IMG/VR virus record: IMGVR_UViG_3300030618_000013
Source: an uncultured virus (IMG/VR IMGVR_UViG_3300030618_000013)
Taxonomy: Duplodnaviria > Heunggongvirae > Uroviricota > Caudoviricetes
Length of the DNA: 64,000 nucleotides
Strand: one strand, 5' to 3'
Below the pieces are notes generated by a model that ran no database searches, was not told the DNA's origin, and was given only the letters and a program-made list of their open reading frames with translations. Below are positions 49,470 to 57,858 of this stretch, piece by piece (position 1 is the first letter of the stretch; each line of letters begins with the position of its first letter). The translations under genes and the position numbers were made by a program.

Positions 49470-50861
49470 ATGACTTACGGATTTGCTTTAGGGTCGGACA
49501 GCTACAAGTATTCGCATGGACCGCAGCTGCCCGACGATTTGAAATACGCCAGTAACTATGGTTCAGCTCGTAGTCTGAACATGTACAAGCAGGTACTGTG
49601 GTTTGGTCTCCAAAGTTGGAAGCGGAAGCTGATGAAGAATCCGCTGACAATGGAAAGTGTGGAGTACGCAAACCGTCGTATTGTCGAGCACTGCGGCATC
49701 TTTCCATACGAAGAGTTCAAGCGTATCGTTGAGGTCCATAACGGACTGCCTCCGGTTCGCATTGAAGCTCTTCCCGAGGGGTTGATTGTTCCGGTCGGTG
49801 TCCCGTGTTATCAGGTAGTAAGCACGGACCCGTTATTGCCGACTCTTGGTTCGTTTCTTGAGACCGAGATTCTGCGTGCTGCATGGTATCAGTCTTCGGT
49901 CGCTACACTGAGCTGGCATATCAAACAGGACTTGCGTAAGTGGTTAGAGCAAACGTGCGATAATCCCGAGGAAGAGCTTGCATTTCGCTTGCATGACTTT
50001 GGGGGTCGCGGTGCCAGTTCTGAAGAATCAGCTGCGCTTGGTGGTATGTCGCATTTGATCAACTTTATGGGCACTGATACTGTCCCAGCCTTAGAGGCCG
50101 CAACCGAGTTCTACGATGAATGGATGGCGGGGTATTCAATTCCTGCCATGGAACATTTCACCGTGACCGCATGGGGTCGTGAAAGGGAAGCCCAAGCTTA
50201 CGAACGCATGATTGATGTGTATGGTGGCGAAGGCAAGAAGTACGCGTGTGTTTGCGATGCTTACGATCAACGTAACTCAGTAGATAACATCTGGGGCAAG
50301 CAGTTGAAGGATAAGGTCTTGGCGAAAGGTGGTACCGCCGTCATCCGTCTTGACTCAGGTAAGCCTATCGCAGAAGTTGTTTACGCGGTTAAGTCTATCG
50401 CTAACTCTTACGGTTTCCACACCAATAAGAAGGGTTACGATGTGGTGAACCCTGCAGCACGCATTATCCAGGGTGACGGCGTAAACCGTACATCCATTAA
50501 CGGTATCTGTCACGCTTTGGAGCTTAACAAGCTCTCAATCGAGAATAACGGGTACGGTATGGGTGGTGCGCTGTTGCAAGAAGTTATGCGGGATGACTTA
50601 GGTTGGGCGCAGAAGGCTTCAGCGATTTCCGCTGATGGTGAACATTGGACGGGTATCAACAAGAGTCCGATTACTGCACCTGAGAAAGCGTCGCTGAAGG
50701 GTCGTCAGATGGTTGTATATGACGCTACAGGCAAAATGATTGCTGTCCCGAAAGGCTCGCGTCCTGAGAGTCAGAATCTTCTGCGTGTTGTGTACGAGAA
50801 TGGTGTATCGTACAACGACCAGACCTTTGCGCAAGTCCGGGCAAATAGCAATCTGAAGTAA
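49470..50861 (+). CDS. nadV: nicotinamide phosphoribosyltransferase (NAMPT)
   Basis: SDSYKYSH, LHDFGGRG, HLINFMGTDT, SIPAMEH, DAYD, IRLDSG, IQGDG, GMGGALLQ. Confidence 0.95.
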   Translation: MTYGFALGSDSYKYSHGPQLPDDLKYASNYGSARSLNMYKQVLWFGLQSWKRKLMKNPLTMESVEYANRRIVEHCGIFPYEEFKRIVEVHNGLPPVRIEALPEGLIVPVGVPCYQVVSTDPLLPTLGSFLETEILRAAWYQSSVATLSWHIKQDLRKWLEQTCDNPEEELAFRLHDFGGRGASSEESAALGGMSHLINFMGTDTVPALEAATEFYDEWMAGYSIPAMEHFTVTAWGREREAQAYERMIDVYGGEGKKYACVCDAYDQRNSVDNIWGKQLKDKVLAKGGTAVIRLDSGKPIAEVVYAVKSIANSYGFHTNKKGYDVVNPAARIIQGDGVNRTSINGICHALELNKLSIENNGYGMGGALLQEVMRDDLGWAQKASAISADGEHWTGINKSPITAPEKASLKGRQMVVYDATGKMIAVPKGSRPESQNLLRVVYENGVSYNDQTFAQVRANSNLK

Positions 50862-50888
50862 TCACACCTATTATAGCACGTAGTAAAT

Positions 50889-50929
50889 AAATGGGGATAC
50901 TACTCACTGCACTGTTGGTATCCCCATTT
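50889..50929 (+). terminator. stem-loop after nadV
   Basis: AAATGGGGATAC / GTATCCCCATTT 12 bp inverted repeat. Confidence 0.6.
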
Positions 50930-51171
50930 CCCTACCAAAAGGAGATTCGCATGCTTGAGACGCTCTCTGCACTAACGGCCCGAAAGCTCATAGCTGATTT
51001 ACAATCGGCACTTGCTGCAGTGGTGACAAAATGACCCCAGACGAAACCCTTGGGTTTGTAATAGCCCTCTTGTTGATCATGGCTTTCGTGCATTTCTGTT
51101 ACACGACGAATGCCAATGCTAAAGCTACTCAAGTTCTAGAGACGCATCTTAGACACTATTTATAGTCGAAC

Positions 51172-51207
51172 TGCTGGAAAACAGCAAATTGCTGGAAAAC
51201 AGCAAAT
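51172..51207 (+). repeat. 18 bp tandem duplication TGCTGGAAAACAGCAAAT x2
   Basis: Read directly from the sequence. Confidence 0.9.
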
Positions 51208-51265
51208 ACTCCTAGCAGACTTGGAAGCTGTTTTGGATAGCTTCACCGAAACTTAAATATAAATG

Positions 51266-51294
51266 TTGGCACCAGCTTCAATCTTTACTATACT
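51266..51294 (+). promoter_or_regulatory. repeated sigma70-type promoter
   Basis: TTGGCA-N17-TATACT, leader CCTAACGAAAGGGAA. Confidence 0.8.
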
Positions 51295-51418
51295 GAATTC
51301 ATTGAAAGTCCTAACGAAAGGGAAAATCATGATTCATCAAACTTATTACCTCGGGACCGGGCGCAAAAAACGCGATGTATACCACGCTTACTGCTTGACT
51401 ACAATTGAGGTATAACCC

Positions 51419-52101
51419 ATGAAGTCCAAACTAATTTACTGTCTGTCTGTTCTATTCTTGACGGCCAGCATCTGCGGTGCTCCAATGTACCCGAAGCTCA
51501 GTTTAGTTCTAGCCTTTATGTATGGCTTGGGTCAAGCCTCTTTAATAGTGATCTTGTGTTATCCTATGTTCAGGATTTGGCTTAAACTCAAACACCGAAC
51601 ACGAGCAAGCAATCAACAACACAAGCACAAAGGAAACGAGGAACCTGCATGAACTCAAACAAAGATCCACGAAAGCTCACGGACCAGGAAATCGAGAAAC
51701 TAGCTAACAATACCACGCGATTCGCTGGTCACGAACTGGGTTCACCGCCCGAACGTGAGGCTCGTTTCCTAGCTGTCTTGGACGCGTTAGAGAGTCAAGT
51801 ACCGGTTGACCGGTCGTCACCTATAATTGTGGTTGCACCAAGGGCTATGCACAATTTGTGGCGATTCACTGTGAATTCACTGAAGGAACAACGCTTAACC
51901 GCTCGTAAAGTTTTGTTTATGAACGTGCTGGACTTGAAGCATCACATTCCGAATATGCACATTTCTCACATTCTGTTTATTGATGAAATGTACCCTGATC
52001 AGCGACCAGTGTTAAAAGTGACGTTGAGCCTGATGAACCCTAATCTTAATCACAGAGTGTTCGCGACTCGTCCACCTCTAATGGACGCTGGCGTAATTTA
52101 A
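51419..52101 (+). CDS. small two-TM protein (51419-51652) and hypothetical protein (51649-52101)
   Basis: GAGG RBS; ATGA overlap. Confidence 0.6.
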
Positions 52102-52109
52102 AATAATTG

Positions 52110-52138
52110 TTGGCACCAGCTTCAATCTGTATTATACT
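52110..52138 (+). promoter_or_regulatory. repeated sigma70-type promoter
   Basis: TTGGCA-N17-TATACT then GGAATCACTGCACTGAAGC. Confidence 0.8.
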
Positions 52139-52190
52139 GGAATCACTGCACTGAAGCGTGAACCAACAACCCAACTAAAGGAACAAGATC

Positions 52191-52883
52191 ATGACCATTC
52201 TTTCTTATCAAAACGATCCCAAAGTAAAAGAAATGTTTCAAGCGCGTTTTGATCAACACCGTGTCGCTGATGAAGTACTCCAAGGTACGGGTTTTTCAGG
52301 GGGACGTGGCTGTTTTATCGGCTGTACAATGAACGAATACAATCATGAATCTTTTGCCAAACAAATCAGGCCTCAATGGCTAGCACATTTGGCTGACTCT
52401 ATTTTTGAAGGCTTGCCAGCTATAGAGGCTCCTCAATTTGGTACTGACTTATTGGAGGCAATCCCCATAGGGAAGGATTTGGAGCCTGTCCAATGGAAAT
52501 TAGCAGTTGCCCGTCACGAACGGCAGCTGGAGGCCTTAAAAGATAACAAAGAGGACTACGCTGTCCAGTGTCTAGATGCCCTCCAGTTGATTATCAACTA
52601 TTGCAGGGCAAAGATTGAGGGAACAGCTACGGAGGACCAGCGTAAAGAAGCAGCACATTCAGCACGGGCAGCAGGTTCTTTCGATATCGTCCGGTCAGCA
52701 GCAGATTCAGCACTGTCAGCAGCCTACTGGTCAGTAACAGGTTCAGCAGTATGGTCATCAGCACTTTCAGCCTACTGGTCAGCAGTATGGTCATCAGCAG
52801 AGTTAGCACTGTCAGCCAATTCAGCTGAATCTCATTGGCTCTGGGAGCGCGATACCTTACTGAAGCTGTTGATTGAGGCTTGA
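52191..52883 (+). CDS. hypothetical protein with SAxx repeats, family of 3888 and 4699
   Basis: ILSYQNDPKVK, GCFIGC, WLAHL, AIPIGKDL; TCAGCA-based repeats near the 3' end. Confidence 0.8.
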   Translation: MTILSYQNDPKVKEMFQARFDQHRVADEVLQGTGFSGGRGCFIGCTMNEYNHESFAKQIRPQWLAHLADSIFEGLPAIEAPQFGTDLLEAIPIGKDLEPVQWKLAVARHERQLEALKDNKEDYAVQCLDALQLIINYCRAKIEGTATEDQRKEAAHSARAAGSFDIVRSAADSALSAAYWSVTGSAVWSSALSAYWSAVWSSAELALSANSAESHWLWERDTLLKLLIEA

Positions 52884-52953
52884 AATCAAACTAGTCATCA
52901 TTAGTTTTAGCTGTCTGCTTAGTTAATACACAACGTAAATAAGGAACAAGATC

Positions 52954-54028
52954 ATGTTTGATATTCCGGTTGACCAAGTTTTATACGAGGCTGAGGAAGA
53001 GATTAGTGTTCTCCTCAACATAACCCGGAATATCAATAGTTTCTTATTCGACAATCGTAATGTAGAATTAAGTACTGCTGATATTGTTTTTGCATCCGAG
53101 ACTTTCCAGGAAAATGTAGGACTTAATCTGACGGAAGTCCAGATGCGAGGTATTATAAGCTTATATCCTCATGCACGAATCAAACTAGCTTATTACGGAG
53201 AAGATACAGAGACTGTAGATTGCTTACTAGATGCTTTTGCTCATTTCTTTCTCGGTTGTCAATGGCCAACTTACGGGGATGATGTAAGCCCAAATGTTTT
53301 CCGCCAAGCTATGCATGCCCGTATGCGAGCAATGAAGTTCATCAATAACTAGACAGCTATGATTTCACACACTTCCGAAGTCGTGCAACTATTGAGTAAC
53401 GAACAGCACGTGATGATACTAGATGGATCCGGAGTTCCGGCTATTGTCCATCACTATAGTCTGCCGTATCCGGTAATCAAGCACCTTAACTACATCAAGG
53501 TAGTAGAAACAGAACGTGTGTTGAAGGTGCCTAAGCACCAACAAGATTTTAGGTTTCCCTCATCCGCACCCGAGGCCCAGCCTATTTATGCTCACACCAA
53601 ATTAGGATTTGACACTTATGGCGATCAAGCCTTAGTATGGAACATCGGGTTGAAGGCTTCTAACGGATTTTCCATTCCAAGCACGGCTGTCATTGACTCC
53701 TGTTATGTGCTGATTGATGAATCTTTAGTAAAACAGCGGGCACCTATGGAGACCTTCGGTCGCGAAGCCTACTTGCGACATAGATATAACAACCATATCC
53801 TGGTCTGAGCATAGCCTCAACGTTACGGAGAATTTTATGGACAAACCAAGTTGGACTAATGCCCCGAATTGGGCTGAATGGCTATTCCAGTACGACCAGG
53901 ATAGCTGGTACTGGAGCGAGTATGAGCCCATCAGGAACGGTAACTCTTGGGAGTCTCTACCCGGCCGCGCCGAGTACGCGGGACCGGGAGCCTTAAAAGT
54001 TAAGGAGCAAAGACCTCCTAACTCGTAG
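52954..54028 (+). CDS. three hypothetical genes (52954-53352, 53359-53808, 53837-54028)
   Basis: The last has the common phage W..AP.WA.W..D..WYW..EP motif. Confidence 0.65.
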
Positions 54029-54088
54029 GTAAACCTTTAGCTGAGTTCTATCGGGTTTAGTTCAAAATTAGAAATAGAGAAAACAACC

Positions 54089-54340
54089 ATGGCAAAAATA
54101 CTTGCAATAACGCCGAGTTCGGGACTCAGAATCGAGGCCATCAAATTCGAAGATGGATCCAAGCGTATTTCAATCCGCCAAATCTACAAGACTAAGAAAG
54201 AACCGGATGACTGGAAAATAGGTCGTAACGGTATTACCATTCCTTTTGAGAAAGCTGGACGGGTATCTGCAGCAATCAAGAATTTAGTTGACGATCCGGA
54301 TCTGAATTTCAAACTGATTGAAGGTAAGGACAAAGACTGA
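54089..54340 (+). CDS. PC4/YdbC-like ssDNA-binding protein
   Basis: ISIRQIY..DWKIGRNGITIP matches the PC4 IDIR.....W.P..KGI.L pattern. Confidence 0.7.
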   Translation: MAKILAITPSSGLRIEAIKFEDGSKRISIRQIYKTKKEPDDWKIGRNGITIPFEKAGRVSAAIKNLVDDPDLNFKLIEGKDKD

Positions 54341-54342
54341 TC

Positions 54343-54684
54343 ATGTTATCAATTCAGTACACCGATGTTCATCTCATAAAGACTACTGAAAATGGAGTCA
54401 ACTCGTTTTCTTTAGTTTATGTGTACTCTAATCCGTCAGAGACCAACTATTCAGAAATCGAGGTCCTGCGTTTTTCTAATTTGTGTCCCGAGAATTATGA
54501 CTACTCTTTGGACATAACTGGTGTGGTGACTTCCGGCTTCTACACCGGAGACACAGTTAAAGCTTATGGTATTGCTTGGGACTGGTCGAAAGCGTGGATC
54601 GACGTAAAAACAGCAATTATTGAAGACTGTTATAACGGGTGGGGAAGAAACCCCAGCGTAATAATGACTAAGGAATGGTCATGA
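54343..54684 (+). CDS. hypothetical protein
   Basis: 113 aa ORF. Confidence 0.6.
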   Translation: MLSIQYTDVHLIKTTENGVNSFSLVYVYSNPSETNYSEIEVLRFSNLCPENYDYSLDITGVVTSGFYTGDTVKAYGIAWDWSKAWIDVKTAIIEDCYNGWGRNPSVIMTKEWS

Positions 54685-54953
54685 CCAATCAAGAACTTGC
54701 AGCCTACGTGTTTGACACCGTGGCTGGCATAGCATTCGGTGTTTCCGCAGCCACACTGGATTCTACATTCAAGAGTTTGGGTTTGGATGCTCTCCATATT
54801 CTGGACCTAGCTCTTACCGTAGAGCGCGAACTTCAAGTCCCGATTGACGAAAAATTGTTTACTCCGGAATCAAGGGTCAAAGATTTAGTATCCGAGGTGA
54901 ACAAGCAACTGGTAAACTTACGTATCAGAGATTTGAATCTAAATATTGTTTAA
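54681..54953 (+). CDS. acyl carrier protein-like, attachment Ser replaced by Ala
   Basis: TFKSLGLDALHILDLALTVERELQVPI..VKDLV; DAL in place of DSL. Confidence 0.7.
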   Translation: MTNQELAAYVFDTVAGIAFGVSAATLDSTFKSLGLDALHILDLALTVERELQVPIDEKLFTPESRVKDLVSEVNKQLVNLRIRDLNLNIV

Positions 54954-54965
54954 AGGATATTTGAC

Positions 54966-55409
54966 ATGAAAGATTATCGCGATACTGAGGACATTGACTG
55001 GGATTTGTTTCGAGATGCTTATGCCCTAATCAAGACTACATCTGACGAGGATATCGACCTAGAGAAATGGTGTCAGCCCCACATGGTTGACCCGTGTCGC
55101 ACCTTGGCCTGTGCCGCTGGTACACTTGCAGTTAATCCCTTGTTTAATGATCGTGGACTTAAACGACATGTTCGGGGGAAACCTTATTGCATAGTTAATG
55201 GTGAGTATTTATCCGGTTTTGAAGCACTAGCCTGCGTTTTCAAAATAAGTCTAGTAGAGACTACTATTTTGTTTGGTATTCGCGGGATTGCGGGGGAACG
55301 AACCGCGATTAAGATTGCCGACAACGACCAACCAAATCATTTGTCAGATCGTCAAGTCTGGCTCAACCGCGTAGAGCATTTCTTTGCCAGACATGGACAA
55401 ATACTATGA
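54966..55409 (+). CDS. hypothetical protein, family of 43687 and 44139
   Basis: WDLFRDAY..IDLEKW..ACAAG..SDRQVWLNR. Confidence 0.75.
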   Translation: MKDYRDTEDIDWDLFRDAYALIKTTSDEDIDLEKWCQPHMVDPCRTLACAAGTLAVNPLFNDRGLKRHVRGKPYCIVNGEYLSGFEALACVFKISLVETTILFGIRGIAGERTAIKIADNDQPNHLSDRQVWLNRVEHFFARHGQIL

Positions 55410-55723
55410 TATCCCCGACTATAACCGGAGCAGGACTAGCTCAACTTTCAGCCGAATCTGAGTTGAAATCCAAAATGCAAATATCGTTCGATAGCTTGAG
55501 CGTCCAGTATCGTCAGTCTGAAGTTAATGACGAGCCGGTTGTTAACCTTGTATTTTTGAAAGACGGGAAATCTGTAGCCGAAGTTAAGCATTTGAAAATT
55601 CAACAACTACAGACCATAACATTCAGTGGACTTACAGGGACGATTCCAATCCAGATAGGAGGTTTCACCGGCCAGGACCTAGCCGATATGAAGACTGCAG
55701 CAACCTGGGTATCGACAGCCTAA
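55406..55723 (+). CDS. hypothetical protein
   Basis: 105 aa ORF. Confidence 0.6.
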   Translation: MISPTITGAGLAQLSAESELKSKMQISFDSLSVQYRQSEVNDEPVVNLVFLKDGKSVAEVKHLKIQQLQTITFSGLTGTIPIQIGGFTGQDLADMKTAATWVSTA

Positions 55724-55783
55724 GTGCGAAACTGATTGATGCATAGGACACCTAGTAAATAAAGTCAACTAAAGGATAAACAA

Positions 55784-56026
55784 ATGGAAACTAGTATTCA
55801 GGATCGGGTCATCAACATCGTAGCTGAACAGCTAGGACTAGCTATCTATGAAGTTCTTCCAACCTCAAACTTCGTCAATGACTTGGGTATCGACAGCCTA
55901 GACGAGCTCGAACTTTTGATAGCTATTGAGGATGAATTCGAACTAGAGGTCAATAACGAGGAGGCAGAAAAGTTCAGTAATGTTCAAGAGGTTATCGACT
56001 ACGTAACTGCGAATATTCAATCTTAG
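55784..56026 (+). CDS. acpP: acyl carrier protein
   Basis: RVINIVAEQLG..NFVNDLGIDSLDELELLIAIEDEF..EEAEKF..VQEVIDY. Confidence 0.92.
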   Translation: METSIQDRVINIVAEQLGLAIYEVLPTSNFVNDLGIDSLDELELLIAIEDEFELEVNNEEAEKFSNVQEVIDYVTANIQS

Positions 56027-56088
56027 TCTTATAACCAGCAGCAAGAAAGTTAGAGTACCAATCACCCTTCCCAACAAGAGAAACAAAG

Positions 56089-56985
56089 ATGACAAACATT
56101 AATAGCATGGATCTGAAAACCTATCACCACGTCGTTGGCTCGTCGGCCAATGAATTCCAGGCCACCGGTCTGTCTTTCGGCCAGTATTTCCCCTGGTGCA
56201 TTGTCCGCATGAACACAATGTACACGCTGCCAATCAACGAAAGCCCGACGATCAAGGACGAATACCTGAACGAGCCCCCGGAAGCCAGACTTCAAAAGTT
56301 TCTTGGTGTACTTAGCGATGAGATCAGCGAGGGTCATGAAATTCTAGCCCTGATGCAGGCCCGTCGTGCATCACATGAAAATGTGGACATCACCGAGCAA
56401 GACGTAACTAATTTGGCGACCAGCAACGGCGTGTCGGCGAAACGTGCTAAGGCCACGGCAGAGACATTCATGAAAGCCTACCTGCATGACAAGAGCACAG
56501 GCTTCCAATTCAATGACGATGGCACCACAGAAGTCGAGCGCCAGATACTTGTAGCCTTGGGCGATTGGCTCGGTGACATGGTAGTCTACATCCGCAGCGA
56601 AAGTCTGAAGTATGGTATTCCTTTGGAGTCTATGCTGGCCTGTATTATGGGTTCGAACTTTACCAAGCTCGACGAGAACGGGTTGCCTATCAAGAACGAG
56701 GCAACAGGCAAAGTCGAGAAAGGTCCGAATTTCATGCCACCCGAACAGCATATTTATGCCACCTTGTTCGGTACCCAAGAACTGATTACTGAATACGAAG
56801 GTGTGTCACAGTTGGTTAATGATTTCTCTGTTATCGGTGAAGAATTGCTGTGTAACCCGATGACCGACATTCTTCATGCCGAAGGACTAGATACTGACGA
56901 AGATGAAGATGACGAAGCTGCGGATGAAGACTATGACGAAGAAGAGGAACTTAAGGTTTGGTCGAAAACGTTGATAAATGAATAA
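56089..56985 (+). CDS. MazG-like NTP pyrophosphohydrolase
   Basis: LSDEISEG..LGDWLGDMVVY..SNFTKL..G.PI..GKVEKGPNF..PE; acidic tail. Confidence 0.75.
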   Translation: MTNINSMDLKTYHHVVGSSANEFQATGLSFGQYFPWCIVRMNTMYTLPINESPTIKDEYLNEPPEARLQKFLGVLSDEISEGHEILALMQARRASHENVDITEQDVTNLATSNGVSAKRAKATAETFMKAYLHDKSTGFQFNDDGTTEVERQILVALGDWLGDMVVYIRSESLKYGIPLESMLACIMGSNFTKLDENGLPIKNEATGKVEKGPNFMPPEQHIYATLFGTQELITEYEGVSQLVNDFSVIGEELLCNPMTDILHAEGLDTDEDEDDEAADEDYDEEEELKVWSKTLINE

Positions 56986-57009
56986 CTCTTAATTATTGTG
57001 TGGTAAAGG

Positions 57010-57045
57010 AGGGTGGAACTAAAAATTCCACCCTTTTTCTTTTTT
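57010..57045 (+). terminator. intrinsic terminator
   Basis: AGGGTGGAA / TTCCACCCT stem followed by a T tract. Confidence 0.8.
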
Positions 57046-57099
57046 ATCTCGGGTTCGCAATTTTAGAATAACTAGTTTGGTTGCGCGCTCCCCTGTATT

Positions 57100-57354
57100 T
57101 TGGAAGCTAAATACAACAAGTATAAGCCTAGGCTTGACCTAATTTCCTGGTTAGAACTCAGGAACCTGAGCTGGATCGAGTGCGGACCTGCGGAGAATAG
57201 TGGTTATGTTGACTACATGGGTTGCATCTACATTGATGTTCCTTTTGATATCGATAATTCAGATTACACCTTGTTAGCTGAGCGTCTAGAAAATAAAGAT
57301 GGTACGCCGAAAAATCGCAACGTTCGTTTTCTATATTGTGCGTATAAAGATTAA
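57100..57354 (+). CDS. hypothetical protein (start uncertain)
   Basis: Y.G.IYIDVPFD..Y..L...LEN.DGT. Confidence 0.5.
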   Translation: MEAKYNKYKPRLDLISWLELRNLSWIECGPAENSGYVDYMGCIYIDVPFDIDNSDYTLLAERLENKDGTPKNRNVRFLYCAYKD

Positions 57355-57389
57355 TCAGCGATTTTACTAAGTTGATTGGAGTCTCAACA

Positions 57390-57827
57390 ATGCCCAATAA
57401 CATAATTAAACATGACGTAAAACAAGGCAAAGGTAGCAAGAAAAGTCTTGAACATAAATGGAAGGACGCTGAGGATAAGGCCAAGAAAAGCAGCGGCAAG
57501 AAAGAGCCCTATGCTTTGACTAATTATATTTATCACAAAATGACAGGTAGCACTAAAGTTGAAGCAGCCTTACGCCTAGTCGCGGTCTCCAAGATGGAAG
57601 CAGATGCTTTCGAGGGTTGGGTAAATACACTGCAGTATGCGTATGAACGTCCGGACAACGAGGACTTCGTGATCGTTGACGCGCCGTTAAAAGACGTTGA
57701 GGCCAAGCTTTATGCAAACGACTGGGCAAAGGCTAGGTCCGCCGAGGTCAATCATTTCAGTAAAGGTGAGCACGAAGTAGAATTAGAGGACATAGGAAAT
57801 AAAACAAAAATTATCAGCGTTGCGTGA
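57390..57827 (+). CDS. hypothetical protein with basic N-domain and internal VEAALRLVA tag
   Basis: GGAG RBS before ATG 57390. Confidence 0.7.
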   Translation: MPNNIIKHDVKQGKGSKKSLEHKWKDAEDKAKKSSGKKEPYALTNYIYHKMTGSTKVEAALRLVAVSKMEADAFEGWVNTLQYAYERPDNEDFVIVDAPLKDVEAKLYANDWAKARSAEVNHFSKGEHEVELEDIGNKTKIISVA

Positions 57828-57858
57828 GCTGAAAGTGAAAGTGCTTAAAAGGATTGAT

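Noticed and set aside
86..52138. TGGCAC in the repeated promoters as a sigma54 -24 box
   Set aside because: No TTGC at the required -12 spacing; a sigma70 -10 (TATACT) sits 16-17 nt downstream instead.
52640..52830. CRISPR-like array from TCAGCA repeats
   Set aside because: Short in-frame repeats encoding Ser-Ala units; no constant repeat with unique spacers and no cas genes.
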